Positions 30,844-41,260 are shown, counted from the stretch's first letter. The stretch is 52,471 nucleotides of DNA from Betaproteobacteria bacterium (GCA_013298045.1 JAAFJI010000001.1:1-52471), one strand, 5' to 3'. The notes: a model not told the origin generated them from the sequence alone. Made by a program: numbers and translations.

Positions 30844-32442
30844 CTAGACCGAAAGCGCGAAGCTCTCCGCCCGCGCCTTGTCCCAGTAGTAGGCGAATAC
30901 GCGGTGGCTGGTGGTGTCGGCGACCAATTCCCCCGGTTTGAGGAATTTGTAGAGTGTGGCGAGCGAGGTGACCTCGGTCGAGCTGATGCGACGGATGATG
31001 TGCTCCGGCTTGAGCTGATTTGGGTGGCTGAGTCCGGCGGCAGCGACCAGCTCGGCGAGCGCGTGCAGCGTACTTTTGTGGAATTCGCGCACGCGCGCGG
31101 CTTTGTCCGGTACCACGAGCGCGCGCTGCCGGGTCGGGTCTTGCGTGGTCACACCGGTCGGGCAGGTGCCGGTGTGACAGGTTTGCGCCTGGATGCAGCC
31201 AATTGCAAACATGAAACCGCGCGCGCAATTGCACCAGTTGGCACCCATCGCCATCGTTGTTGCCATGTCGAAGGCAGAAACGATTTTTCCGCTCGCCGCG
31301 ACTTTGACGCGATCTCGCACCCCGATGCCGACTAGCGTGTTGTGCACCAATAACAGCGCCTCGCGTAGCGGCACGCCAACGTGATCGGTGAATTCGACCG
31401 GTGCCGCGCCAGTGCCGCCCTCGCTGCCATCGACCACGATGAAATCCGGCGTGATTCCGGTTTTAAGCATCGCTTTGGCAATCGCGAAAAACTCCCAGGG
31501 ATGACCAATTGCGAGTTTCATTCCGGCAGGTTTGCCGGAGAGTTCGCGCATTTTCGCAATGAATTCGAGGAGTTCGATCGGGGTTGAAAACACCGAGTGC
31601 TTGGCGGGCGAAACGCAGTCCACGCCCTGTTGTACGCCGCGTGTCTGTGCGATTTCGGCGGTGACTTTGGGGCCGGGCAGCACGCCGCCATGTCCCGGTT
31701 TAGCGCCTTGTGAGAGCTTGAGCTCAACGAGTTTCACTTGTGGGTCGCGCGCTTGTTCGGCAAAACGAATGGGGTCGAAGCCGCCGTCGGCGGTGCGACA
31801 TCCGAAGTAGCCGCTGCCGATTTCCCAGATCAGATCGCCGCCGTGTTCCCGGTGATAGCGCGAGATGGAGCCCTCGCCGGTGTCGTGGGCGAAATTTCCT
31901 TCTTTCGCACCCTTGTTGAGTGCGCGAATGGCGTTTGCCGATAGCGCGCCAAAACTCATCGCTGAGATGTTGAAGACGCTTGCGTTGTAGGCGCTCTCGC
32001 CGTGACCGATGGTCAAACGGAAGTCGTGCGACGGTAAATTGGACGGCGCAATCGAGTGGTTCATCCACTCGTAGCCGGGCTCGTAGACGTCGAGCTGGGT
32101 GCCAAACGGTCGTTTGTCGGAATCGCGTTTGGCGCGCTGATAGACAAGCGAGCGCGCGGCGCGAGAAAACGGCGATGCTTCGTTGTCGCTTTCGATGAAG
32201 TATTGCCGCATTTCGGGGCGGATGTACTCAAAGAAAAAACGGAAGTGCGCGAGGATCGGGTAGTTACGGCGAATCGCCTGCCGTGTTTGCGTGATGTCGA
32301 TCAGCCCCACCGCACTCAAAAATCCCGAGATTGCGATCAGCGGCCAGGTGACCCACGGCGCTTTGAATACGAGTTCAAGCACCAGACTCGAAACGAATAC
32401 GACGACGACAATGAGCAGGGTGTAGTAGCGCGAAGGGATCAT
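30844..32442 (-). CDS. FMN-binding glutamate synthase family protein (stand-alone, with N-terminal membrane anchor)
   Basis: SAMSFGALS, TGEG, KLSQGAKPGHGG, DGSEGGTGAAP and the 3Fe-4S motif CIQAQTCHTGTCP. Confidence 0.92.
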   Translation of the reverse strand: MIPSRYYTLLIVVVVFVSSLVLELVFKAPWVTWPLIAISGFLSAVGLIDITQTRQAIRRNYPILAHFRFFFEYIRPEMRQYFIESDNEASPFSRAARSLVYQRAKRDSDKRPFGTQLDVYEPGYEWMNHSIAPSNLPSHDFRLTIGHGESAYNASVFNISAMSFGALSANAIRALNKGAKEGNFAHDTGEGSISRYHREHGGDLIWEIGSGYFGCRTADGGFDPIRFAEQARDPQVKLVELKLSQGAKPGHGGVLPGPKVTAEIAQTRGVQQGVDCVSPAKHSVFSTPIELLEFIAKMRELSGKPAGMKLAIGHPWEFFAIAKAMLKTGITPDFIVVDGSEGGTGAAPVEFTDHVGVPLREALLLVHNTLVGIGVRDRVKVAASGKIVSAFDMATTMAMGANWCNCARGFMFAIGCIQAQTCHTGTCPTGVTTQDPTRQRALVVPDKAARVREFHKSTLHALAELVAAAGLSHPNQLKPEHIIRRISSTEVTSLATLYKFLKPGELVADTTSHRVFAYYWDKARAESFALSV

Positions 32443-32523
32443 GGTTTTCCTGGAAAGGTCGCTCGAACGGCGTAGTGCGGGGCAATCGCCACACGCCGCG
32501 ACGTTCGAGCGCACGGCGCGGAT

Positions 32524-33633
32524 TCACGCGGCGAGCGAGACGGCTTCAAATTCCACCTGCGTTGGCAGCCCCGGGGCCACCAGCATTTCTTTTTTGTTGC
32601 AATTGATGATCACGCCGAACACTGATTCGATCTGCTGCACCGGAGGCAACGAGCGATCCGGCGAGCGACAAATCGCCCCCAATTTGCCAGAGCTTTTGTG
32701 GCCGAGCTCGTCGCGCAAGAGCGTGGTCAGGTTTCTGGTGGTGACGCGGTCGGGCCAGCCGGTAATGTGTTGATTGGCACGATCAAGTCGCGGCTCGGTG
32801 GTGAGCATTTCCGAGAGCGGTGCCTGGTGTCGCGCTAGGTTCAAGTCGCAGAAATGGTTGGTGTGAGCCACCGCGCCTTGATCTGGCTCGATTACCGCGA
32901 CGCCGCTCGGGCTGTATTCGAGCGATGCGACTCGCCCCGAGCCGTCAGCCAAAATTGCGTTACTGGAGCCGCAGAATTTAAGCGTCCTGGCGAATTCAAT
33001 AATGCTATCGACAGAGTCTAAATCAAGCGCCAAACGCTGAAAAATATGGGCAGGCATGTTTGGGGCTTGCCGGTCGTTGTTTGCACGCAGAATATTGAGC
33101 CCAATTGCCACGCCGTGCGCGTTGAGCCCGATTTTGGCAACCATGCCAGCCTCTGTGAGCGTCAAAAAATCCGGTAACTCGCCGCGGTTTTTCACCCGCA
33201 GGATTACGACGTTTTGTCGCTGCAAACCCATCCAGTCCCAGTTCTGACCGAGCCGCGTGTGACCATCGGCGCAGCGTCCGCCGGCCACCGCGAAACTCGT
33301 GCATTCGCTCGGCGCGGGCGGGCTTTTCCCATCGCTGCCCGCCGCGAATGTCGGCGGAAGAATCTCGGTGCGGCAATTAAGCGCGAGGATTTCGTTGATC
33401 AGAAACCCGCTGCCTGCGGCAATTCCGTCAATTTCATCCATCACCTCGCCACACCCGATGACGACGTCGCGAAACTCGTCGCCCCGCCGCTGCGCGGTTT
33501 TCCAATCGACGCCGCAACTTGCGAACAACGCGATGTAGTTCTGAATCGAGCTTGCGATCCGAGTGCGCGCCTGAATCCCATAGGCATATCCGCGTTCGAA
33601 CGCGTTGCCGGAGAGATTGAGGACCGGAAACAT
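32524..33633 (-). CDS. Peptidase C45 / acyl-CoA:6-APA acyltransferase family Ntn hydrolase
   Basis: LN.RTEI, autoproteolysis site E|CTS, GQNWDW, KIGLN..G and HTNH motifs. Confidence 0.88.
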   Translation of the reverse strand: MFPVLNLSGNAFERGYAYGIQARTRIASSIQNYIALFASCGVDWKTAQRRGDEFRDVVIGCGEVMDEIDGIAAGSGFLINEILALNCRTEILPPTFAAGSDGKSPPAPSECTSFAVAGGRCADGHTRLGQNWDWMGLQRQNVVILRVKNRGELPDFLTLTEAGMVAKIGLNAHGVAIGLNILRANNDRQAPNMPAHIFQRLALDLDSVDSIIEFARTLKFCGSSNAILADGSGRVASLEYSPSGVAVIEPDQGAVAHTNHFCDLNLARHQAPLSEMLTTEPRLDRANQHITGWPDRVTTRNLTTLLRDELGHKSSGKLGAICRSPDRSLPPVQQIESVFGVIINCNKKEMLVAPGLPTQVEFEAVSLAA

Positions 33634-33693
33634 GCCGCCGATTGTATGAACCTGCTGCGTCTTTGCGTCGGGTTTGCTTCATAGAATGCGTCG

Positions 33694-34416
33694 ATGAAGA
33701 CCACTCTTGTCACTGGCGCAACGCGCGGCATCGGCTACGCCACCGCGAAACGGCTACTCGCCCGGGGCGCGCACGTGATCGCGCTTGGGCGAGATTTTTC
33801 GCGCTTCGACTTAGACGCCGCCGAGAACGCGCGGTGCACCCGATTGCAGTTCGATTTGCGAGCGGTCGAGGCGATCGAAACCATGTGTGCAAACCTGCCG
33901 CCGATCGACGCGCTAGTTAACAATGCGGCGATGCTCACGGCGCAGCCGTTTGAGAGCTATGACGTGCTCGCGCGGCGGGATTTGATTGCGACCAACATCG
34001 AAGCACCAGCGGAATTGATTCGCTGTCTCGCGCCGAAGATGATTGCCCGCGCGCAAGCCGACACGGCAATCAAAGGGCGCATCGTCAACATCGCTTCCGT
34101 TGCAGGCTTTGGTGGCCATCCGGACGTTTGGTACGGCGCGAGCAAGGGTGCCATTTTGAATCTCACCAAAAGTCTCGCCAAGCACTACGGGCCGCAAGGC
34201 GTCATGGTCAACGCAGTCGCACCCGGTCCGACCAAAACCGCGATGTTCGATCAATTGCCGCAATCGCGGATCGACGAGTTCAACCGGCTGGTGTTCGCGC
34301 GCCGTTTCGCCGAGCCCGACGAGATCGCGCAGGTGATCGAATGGCTCGCGCTAGATGCGCCGGAATACGTCAACGGCGCATGTTTAGATGCGGCGAGCGG
34401 CGGCTACTTGCGATAA
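33694..34416 (+). CDS. Short-chain dehydrogenase/reductase
   Basis: TGATRGIG, NNA, NIAS, YGASK and NAVAPG motifs. Confidence 0.9.
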   Translation: MKTTLVTGATRGIGYATAKRLLARGAHVIALGRDFSRFDLDAAENARCTRLQFDLRAVEAIETMCANLPPIDALVNNAAMLTAQPFESYDVLARRDLIATNIEAPAELIRCLAPKMIARAQADTAIKGRIVNIASVAGFGGHPDVWYGASKGAILNLTKSLAKHYGPQGVMVNAVAPGPTKTAMFDQLPQSRIDEFNRLVFARRFAEPDEIAQVIEWLALDAPEYVNGACLDAASGGYLR

Positions 34417-34567
34417 GCTCAATCGAATATAGCTTTGGTTTTCATCGCGCTATAAAAAATGATTTTCCGATGATTTAATTGATCTACTGATAACAAAAAT
34501 TTTGTCGTTTAGTAGATTGTTTTATGAGGCAATGATTGAATTTGTTATGCCTGGTTCTCCAGATGTA

Positions 34568-34583
34568 TGGCGCGGGCTTTGCT
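34568..34583 (+). promoter_or_regulatory. Sigma54 (-24/-12) promoter for the TonB-dependent receptor
   Basis: TGGCGC-GGGCT-TTGCT, with exact GG-N10-GC spacing, about 90 nt upstream of ATG 34675. Confidence 0.7.
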
Positions 34584-34674
34584 AATACACTCGTGATCGA
34601 AAGTGCGCAGCCGGGCAACCTAAACACCGGTGAATCCGCGCTTGTTTTTTTGATGTTTTTTTGGGGGTTACAAC

Positions 34675-37071
34675 ATGACACTGTTACGCGCTTCTATTCT
34701 GCGCGCGCTCTACGGCGCGGCAATCATTTCAGCGGCGATTCCGGGTGCCGGAGTCTTTGCGCAGACGAGCGAGACAAAGTCCGACGCGCAGGTCACCGAA
34801 CGCGTGAACATTGTCGGCACGCGGCGCACCGCATCTTCGGCCACCGATACGGCGCTGCCGATTGACGTCATCCCTGTCGGTAAAGTTGCCGAAACCGGCG
34901 GGCAGTTCGATCTTGGACAGACGCTGCAATACGCTTCGCCGTCATTCAATTCAACCCGTCAAACCGGGGCCGATGGCGCCGATCTGGTCGACTCGGCCGC
35001 CCTGCGCGGGCTCGGTTCGGATCAAACGCTGGTGCTCGTCAACGGCAAACGTCATCACACGGTGGCGCTGGTCAATCTCTTCGGTGCGCGCAATCGCGGC
35101 AATACCGGCACCGACTTCAACACTATTCCCGTGCTCGGCGTTGAGGCAATCAACGTGCTTCGCGACGGCGCTGCCGCGCAGTACGGCTCGGACGCGATCG
35201 CCGGTGTGATCGACATTGCGCTCAAAAAGCGCGCCGGCTGCGAAGGCGTGGTGGGCTACGGCCAGTATTCCGCCGGCGACGGAAAAAATTACCTCGCGTC
35301 GGCTTACTGTGGCTTCAAAATTGGCGATCAAGGCGTCATCTCGCTCACCGGCGAATACCAGGATCGCGGCCGCTCCAATCGCGCCGAGGCCGACAATCCG
35401 CGCATCATCGGCGACAGCAAAATCAGGAACGGAACGCTCCTGCTCAACGGCGAGCTGCCGACCTCGACCGGCAACAAGCTCTACTTCACACTCAACCAGC
35501 AACAGCGCGACGCGTCGTCGGGTGCATTTGCTCGCGGCGGCATCGGCAGCGACGACATCCCGTCGCGGAACTCCGCGGCCATGTATCCGAACGGATTCGT
35601 ACCGTTCATCAACGCCGATCTCGAAGACACCTTCGCAATCGTTGGGCATAAGTGGCAGTTTGGCGACTGGACGACCGATCTGTCGCAGACCTACGGTCGC
35701 AACGCCATGCGCTACAACATCAACAACACGCTCAACGCCTCGATCGCCAATCGCGATCTGCTCAACGGCGGCCCAGGTCTGAGCCCGAAGAGCTTCGACG
35801 CCGGCGGTTTCTCGTTCCAGCAAATGACGACGAATCTGGACTTTTCTCGCTTCTTTGGAAACGTTGCCGGCGGGATGAACGTCGCCTTCGGCGCGGAGTT
35901 TCGACGCGAGAAATACAAAATCGGCGCGGGCGAGGCGGGATCCTACATCGACGCCGACGGCGTTGGCGAAGGCGGCAATGCCGGCAGCCAGGGCTTTCCG
36001 GGATTCCAGCCGGCCGATGGCACGAACAAGGGCAGAAATAGCGTTGCCGGTTATCTGGACATCGAAACCGACTTAAGCAAAGCCGTTCGCATTCAAACGG
36101 CCGTGCGTGGCGAACACTTTAGCGATTTTGGTTCGACGCTGACCGGGAAATTCGCGGGCAGCTTCAAACTCTCCGAACAGGCGCTGCTGCGTGGTTCGGT
36201 CAGCACCGGGTTCCGCGCGCCCTCGTTGCAACAAGTCTATTTCTCGTCGACGATTACCGATTTCATCAGCGGCCAGCCAGTTGATGTCGTGATCGCCCCA
36301 ATTGGCGGACGCGTTGCCAACGCAATTGGCTTGCCGAAACTGAAAGAGGAAAAATCGACCAGCTTCACCTTCGGCGCAACCTTTAATCCGACAAAGCAAA
36401 CTGCGATTACCGCCGATTTCTACAACATCGACATCAAGGATCGCATCGTCCTCTCGGGTCGTTTCGACAACACCTTCCCCGGTCTTGGATCAATCCTTGA
36501 CGGGTTGGGGGTCGGGCAGGCTCAGTTCTTCGTGAACTCGGTCAAAACCCGCACCGCTGGCTTCGACCTGACGGCGTCGCACAAGGCGAAGCTCGCGGGC
36601 GCGAGCTTGAACACGTTCCTCGCGCTCAACATGAGCAAAACCGAAGTCAAGAAGATCAACACCCCGGCTTCGCTGGTCGGCTCGGAGAACATCCTGCTCT
36701 CCGAGCGCGAGCGTTTGTTCATCGAGCAAGGCGCGCCACGACGCAAGGCGACCCTCGGGTTTGAATACGCGCGCGGTGCCTGGTCGAGCGACTTGAAGAT
36801 CATTCACTTCGGTCCGCAAACGCTCGGCACCTTCAGCGGCACCGAGAATGGTGTGCCCAACGCGGCGTACAAGTCGAAAACCTCGGCCGATTTGAGCGTG
36901 ACCTACGCCTACGATGCAAAGACCAAGATCACCATTGGCGGCAACAATATCTTTAACGTGAAACCAACCACGCAAGACGCCAACGAAACCGATAACGGCT
37001 TTAAATACGACAGCGTTCAGTTCGGCCTGAACGGCGCATCGTATTTCATCAGGCTCTGGAAACAGTTCTGA
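34675..37071 (+). CDS. TonB-dependent outer-membrane receptor
   Basis: Signal peptide, TonB box VNIVGTR, plug LRGLG..QTLVLVNGKR and VLRDGAAAQYGSDAIAGV, GFRAPSL, terminal Phe. Confidence 0.96.
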   Translation: MTLLRASILRALYGAAIISAAIPGAGVFAQTSETKSDAQVTERVNIVGTRRTASSATDTALPIDVIPVGKVAETGGQFDLGQTLQYASPSFNSTRQTGADGADLVDSAALRGLGSDQTLVLVNGKRHHTVALVNLFGARNRGNTGTDFNTIPVLGVEAINVLRDGAAAQYGSDAIAGVIDIALKKRAGCEGVVGYGQYSAGDGKNYLASAYCGFKIGDQGVISLTGEYQDRGRSNRAEADNPRIIGDSKIRNGTLLLNGELPTSTGNKLYFTLNQQQRDASSGAFARGGIGSDDIPSRNSAAMYPNGFVPFINADLEDTFAIVGHKWQFGDWTTDLSQTYGRNAMRYNINNTLNASIANRDLLNGGPGLSPKSFDAGGFSFQQMTTNLDFSRFFGNVAGGMNVAFGAEFRREKYKIGAGEAGSYIDADGVGEGGNAGSQGFPGFQPADGTNKGRNSVAGYLDIETDLSKAVRIQTAVRGEHFSDFGSTLTGKFAGSFKLSEQALLRGSVSTGFRAPSLQQVYFSSTITDFISGQPVDVVIAPIGGRVANAIGLPKLKEEKSTSFTFGATFNPTKQTAITADFYNIDIKDRIVLSGRFDNTFPGLGSILDGLGVGQAQFFVNSVKTRTAGFDLTASHKAKLAGASLNTFLALNMSKTEVKKINTPASLVGSENILLSERERLFIEQGAPRRKATLGFEYARGAWSSDLKIIHFGPQTLGTFSGTENGVPNAAYKSKTSADLSVTYAYDAKTKITIGGNNIFNVKPTTQDANETDNGFKYDSVQFGLNGASYFIRLWKQF

Positions 37072-37084
37072 TCGGACTTTGCCC

Positions 37085-37115
37085 AAAAAAAGCGCGACTT
37101 CGGTCGCGCTTTTTT
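37085..37115 (+). terminator. Intrinsic terminator (bidirectional form)
   Basis: AAAAAAA-GCGCGAC-TTCG-GTCGCGC-TTTTTT after the receptor stop. Confidence 0.9.
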
Positions 37116-37309
37116 GTTTGACCGAGTTGCGACACAAACGGCAGGCACCCCGAGCTGTGCGATACGAGCGGCACTGCGCGGGGCGCCGCAAACGCTCTGA
37201 TCACCCGAGATGGAATAAAATAGTGGGTTAACTTACACCCGCTTCGCTCGCGCTTTCGCATTCTTGCGGCGCCATCCTGAGTTCGAAGTGGAATCCAGGC
37301 GTCCTACAC

Positions 37310-39157
37310 ATGACCAACAACTCCAACGCGGCGTTGCGCAATATCGCCATCATCGCGCACGTCGATCACGGCAAAACCACTCTGGTGGATTGTCTTTTGA
37401 AGCAATCCGGCACTTTCGCCGCGCACGAGCAGGTCGGCGAGCGGGTGATGGATTCCAATGACATCGAAAAAGAGCGTGGTATCACCATCCTCGCGAAAAA
37501 CTGTGCGGTGACCTACAAGGGCACGCGGATCAACATCGTAGACACACCAGGTCACGCCGATTTCGGCGGTGAAGTCGAGCGGGTGCTCTCGATGGTGGAC
37601 GCAGCGCTACTTTTGGTCGATGCGGTGGAAGGGCCGATGCCGCAGACCCGATTCGTGACCAAGAAAGCGCTGGCGCTCGGACACAAAATCATTGTGGTGG
37701 TCAACAAGGTTGATCGCCCCGGCGCGCGCGCCGATTGGGTCGTGAATCAAACATTCGAACTCTTCGACAAGCTCGGCGCGACCGAGGAGCAGCTCGATTT
37801 TCCAGTGGTTTACGCGAGCGGTCTCAATGGCTGGGCAAGCTTGAACCCGGGCGAGATTAGCGAGAACATGGAGCCTTTGTTCGACACGGTGCTAGCTCGC
37901 GTTCCGGTGCCCAAACGCGACGCCGACGCGCCGCTGCAATTGCAGATTTCCGCACTCGACTACAACAGCTACGTGGGCCGTATCGGCATCGGGCGAATTC
38001 ATCGTGGAACTATCAAGTCCGGAACCCAGTACGCGCTGCGCTATGGCGACGACGAAAAAGGCGTTGCAAAGGTCAACTCGGTGCTCACGTTCAAGGGGCT
38101 GGAGCGACAGGAGGCGGCGTTCGCCACGGCGGGCGACATTGTCGCGGTAACCGGTATTCCGGACATCGGCATCGGCTACACGATTTGCGATCGCGAGTCG
38201 CCCGAGGGGCTGGAGCCGATCGCAGTCGATGAGCCCACGCTCACCATGAGCTTTTGTGTGAATACCTCACCTCAAGCGGGGCGCGAGGGAAAATTCGTTA
38301 CTTCTCGACAAATTCGCGATCGTCTGCAACGCGAGCTTTTGTCGAACGTAGCGCTTAAAGTTGAAGATACCGAAGACGCTGACATCTTTCGCGTTTCCGG
38401 TCGCGGCGAACTCCATCTGACGATTTTGGTCGAGAACATGCGCCGCGAAGGTTACGAACTCGCCGTTGGCAAGCCTCAGGTGTTGTTCCGGCACATTGAT
38501 GGCGAGCAGTGCGAGCCGATGGAGAATTTGACCGTTGACGTGGAAGAGGGGCATCAGGGCGGCGTCATGCAGGCGCTGGGTGAGCGTCGTGCGGAACTTC
38601 TGAATATGGAAAACGACGGGCGCGGTCGGGCGCGGCTCGACTACCGCTGTCCGGCGCGCGGCCTGATCGGATTTCAAAACGAATTCATGAACTTGACCCG
38701 TGGCACCGGGCTTATCAGCCACGTGTTCGATGGGTATGCACCACATCGTGGCGACATTCCGGGGCGGCGCAACGGGGTTTTGGTGTCGCAGGACGACGGC
38801 AATGCAGTGGGCTATGCGCTGTTTTCCCTCCAGGAGCGCGGTCGTTTGTTCGTCTCGCCCGGCGACATCGTCTACGAAGGCATGCTGGTTGGCATTCACA
38901 GCCGCGACAACGACCTGGTGGTCAATCCGATCAAGGAAAAGAAACTCACCAACGTTCGCTCGTCTGGAAAGGACGAGAACATCCTGCTCACGCCTCCGGT
39001 GAAACTCACGCTGGAATACGCCGTTGAGTTCATCGAAGACGACGAAATTGTGGAGGTGACGCCAAAATCGATTCGCCTGCGCAAGCGCTACCTCAAAGAG
39101 CATGAGCGAAAGTCGGCAATGCGAAAAGCGGAACTCGAAGCAAGCGGTGCCGTCTAG
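37310..39157 (+). CDS. typA: Translational GTPase TypA/BipA
   Basis: [39 protein letters not shown] and [11 protein letters not shown] motifs. Confidence 0.98.
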   Translation: MTNNSNAALRNIAIIAHVDHGKTTLVDCLLKQSGTFAAHEQVGERVMDSNDIEKERGITILAKNCAVTYKGTRINIVDTPGHADFGGEVERVLSMVDAALLLVDAVEGPMPQTRFVTKKALALGHKIIVVVNKVDRPGARADWVVNQTFELFDKLGATEEQLDFPVVYASGLNGWASLNPGEISENMEPLFDTVLARVPVPKRDADAPLQLQISALDYNSYVGRIGIGRIHRGTIKSGTQYALRYGDDEKGVAKVNSVLTFKGLERQEAAFATAGDIVAVTGIPDIGIGYTICDRESPEGLEPIAVDEPTLTMSFCVNTSPQAGREGKFVTSRQIRDRLQRELLSNVALKVEDTEDADIFRVSGRGELHLTILVENMRREGYELAVGKPQVLFRHIDGEQCEPMENLTVDVEEGHQGGVMQALGERRAELLNMENDGRGRARLDYRCPARGLIGFQNEFMNLTRGTGLISHVFDGYAPHRGDIPGRRNGVLVSQDDGNAVGYALFSLQERGRLFVSPGDIVYEGMLVGIHSRDNDLVVNPIKEKKLTNVRSSGKDENILLTPPVKLTLEYAVEFIEDDEIVEVTPKSIRLRKRYLKEHERKSAMRKAELEASGAV

Positions 39158-39263
39158 CGGGCGCATTTTTTGCAGAGAACGCGGACGCGCAGCGGTGCGA
39201 CGGTCGTGGTTTGTGATTTGTCGCTGAAACTGAATTTGCGCTGCGTTTTGGAGTAACCCGAAG

Positions 39264-41099
39264 ATGGCGTTGAAGCCGGAGCTTCCCGAAGCCTCAGACA
39301 TTGTCGATTTGCTTGACGTCGAAGAGGTGCGCGCGATGATTCGCGCCTCGGAGCATGGCAGCGTCGATCTGGACACCTGGACTCTGCATCGCTCGCAATC
39401 GATGCTACCGGTGCCGCCGCGGGATGCGCTGAGCTTTACTGCCGGCGCGAACGATTTTTCTGCGTCGTTCTGGCACGACGTGGTTGACCGCTCGGCGGCG
39501 ATCACATTGCTGGTGGACGAATCGGGCACCATCATTTTTGAGAGCGCACAGCTTTCTCGGTTTACGGGAATGCCGCGCAACGCTCGGGTCGGTGAAGCGC
39601 TGCTCGCGGTGCTTGGCGTTCCCAATGTGGGCACGATCAACGAGGCAATTGCGCAAATGGCGCAGGGCGCGCTCGCCCGCGCGACGTTTGATTTCACGCT
39701 CGACAATGCCGAAGGCGAGCAGCGCACCTTCATGGCGGTGGCGGTCAACGCGCTGCACGAATCCCACGTCGGCGCCATTGTGCTCACAGCGCACGACATC
39801 AGTGATCGAAAGACGCTAGAGACGAAGCTGCGACACAACGCCAATCATGATTCGTTGACCGGTTTGTCTAATCGCAGATCGGCCTTGCGCCGGTTAAACG
39901 CCTGGATTCGCGACGTCAAACAGTCGCGCGCCACCCCGGCGGTGCTGCTGCTTGATCTCGACGGGTTCAAGAGCGTGAACGACGCTTACGGACACGCGAC
40001 CGGCGACGCGGTGCTGGTAGAGATTGCCGGACGGCTGCGCCAGATTGACCCGGAAAACGTTGGCGTCGCGCGCCTTGGCGGCGACGAGATCATTCTCTAT
40101 GCCCGGTTTGTAAATGCCGAGGTCGATGCGCCGTCGATCGCCAAGCGTGCGCTCGACGAGATACGTCGCCCGGTGCTTGCCGACGGACACTGGATTCATA
40201 TTAGCGCGAGTGTCGGTATCGCCGCCTATCCGCAGAGCGGCCAAAGCGCGGACGAACTCATTCGCGGCGCTGACGTTGCGCTGCATCGCGCCAAAGCGGC
40301 CGGTCGCGGCACGCTGCGCTGGTTCGACCCGGAAGCGGCCGCTCGTCAGCGCGAGGCGGTCACGCTGCGCTCCGAGCTCACCAACGCGCTGCCTAGCAAC
40401 GAGTTTCGCGTTTATTTCCAGCCGATTGTTGCTGTCAACACCGGGCTCGTTCACTCGCACGAAACGCTTCTGCGCTGGCAACACAAAACGCGCGGCTTGC
40501 TTGATGCGTCGCAGTTCATCGAGAGTGTCGAGAGCGCCGGACTCACCGATGCGCTCACCCAGTGGGTGCTGCACGAATCGTTTGCCCAGGCCCGTGCGAG
40601 CCTGGTCATCAGCACCCGTCCGATCGCAATCAATATTTCGCCTCGCTCGCTGCAGCGCGCCGACTTCGCCGAGCGGCTGCTGACTTCGCTGCGCGCTGCG
40701 GCCATTGACCCGACGCAGATTGAAATCGAAATCACCGAAGAGGATTTTGTTCGCGCCGCCGACGAGGTGCCCGCCAACATCACCGCGCTGCACTCGGTCG
40801 GAATGCGCATCATCATCGACGACTTTGGGCGCGGCTTTTCGAATTTCGGCTACCTCGCACGCTTTCCGGTCTATGCGATCAAAATCGATCGCAGCTACGT
40901 CTCGGAAATCGGTCAGAGCGAGCGCACTGAAACGCTCATCGGCGCGCTTGTACGGCTGGCCGACGAACTCGGTATCAAGGCAATCGGGGAAGGCGTAGAG
41001 ACCCACGAGCAGTCGGATTTTCTCGTTCACCACGGTTGCATTTTGCAACAAGGCTTTTTGCATGGACGCCCTAGGCCCGCTTTCATTCCGGGCAGCTAA
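39264..41099 (+). CDS. PAS-GGDEF-EAL c-di-GMP signalling protein
   Basis: PAS ending DIS.RK, then HDSLTGL.NR, DLDGFK.VND, GGDEI, ETLLRW, EITE, DDFG.G.S, KID and EGVE. Confidence 0.92.
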   Translation: MALKPELPEASDIVDLLDVEEVRAMIRASEHGSVDLDTWTLHRSQSMLPVPPRDALSFTAGANDFSASFWHDVVDRSAAITLLVDESGTIIFESAQLSRFTGMPRNARVGEALLAVLGVPNVGTINEAIAQMAQGALARATFDFTLDNAEGEQRTFMAVAVNALHESHVGAIVLTAHDISDRKTLETKLRHNANHDSLTGLSNRRSALRRLNAWIRDVKQSRATPAVLLLDLDGFKSVNDAYGHATGDAVLVEIAGRLRQIDPENVGVARLGGDEIILYARFVNAEVDAPSIAKRALDEIRRPVLADGHWIHISASVGIAAYPQSGQSADELIRGADVALHRAKAAGRGTLRWFDPEAAARQREAVTLRSELTNALPSNEFRVYFQPIVAVNTGLVHSHETLLRWQHKTRGLLDASQFIESVESAGLTDALTQWVLHESFAQARASLVISTRPIAINISPRSLQRADFAERLLTSLRAAAIDPTQIEIEITEEDFVRAADEVPANITALHSVGMRIIIDDFGRGFSNFGYLARFPVYAIKIDRSYVSEIGQSERTETLIGALVRLADELGIKAIGEGVETHEQSDFLVHHGCILQQGFLHGRPRPAFIPGS

Positions 41100-41260
41100 G
41101 TATTTAGTGAATATTTAATTGAATGCCGTGAAACTGCATATTTAATGTGGCAAAAACCGATAAATCTATTAGTTAAAGCGTCAACCCGAGTTTCAATGTG
41201 CCTTCAACATGGAAGCATTCATCAATGCAACTTTTGCGGTTTGAAGGCGTCCATTGCTTT

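Noticed and set aside
34570-34642. Possible c-di-GMP (GEMM)-like riboswitch before the TonB receptor (CGAAAG, CCTAAAC words)
   Set aside because: The GEMM stems and GCAAA elements do not form, and the 5' part overlaps a well-spaced sigma54 promoter, so it would not be transcribed.
26475-37115. Two terminators share a CGCGAC-NNCG-GTCGCG core
   Set aside because: Typical genome-preferred stem with a C(UNCG)G tetraloop; no sign of mobility.
37141-37190. GC-rich hairpin upstream of typA
   Set aside because: No recognisable RNA family features; such pairing arises easily at this GC content.
38267-39844. 525-aa minus-strand ORF
   Set aside because: Antisense shadow of typA and the GGDEF-EAL gene, with no motifs. 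Expected in GC-rich DNA.
39894-41063. 389-aa minus-strand ORF
   Set aside because: Antisense shadow of the GGDEF-EAL gene.
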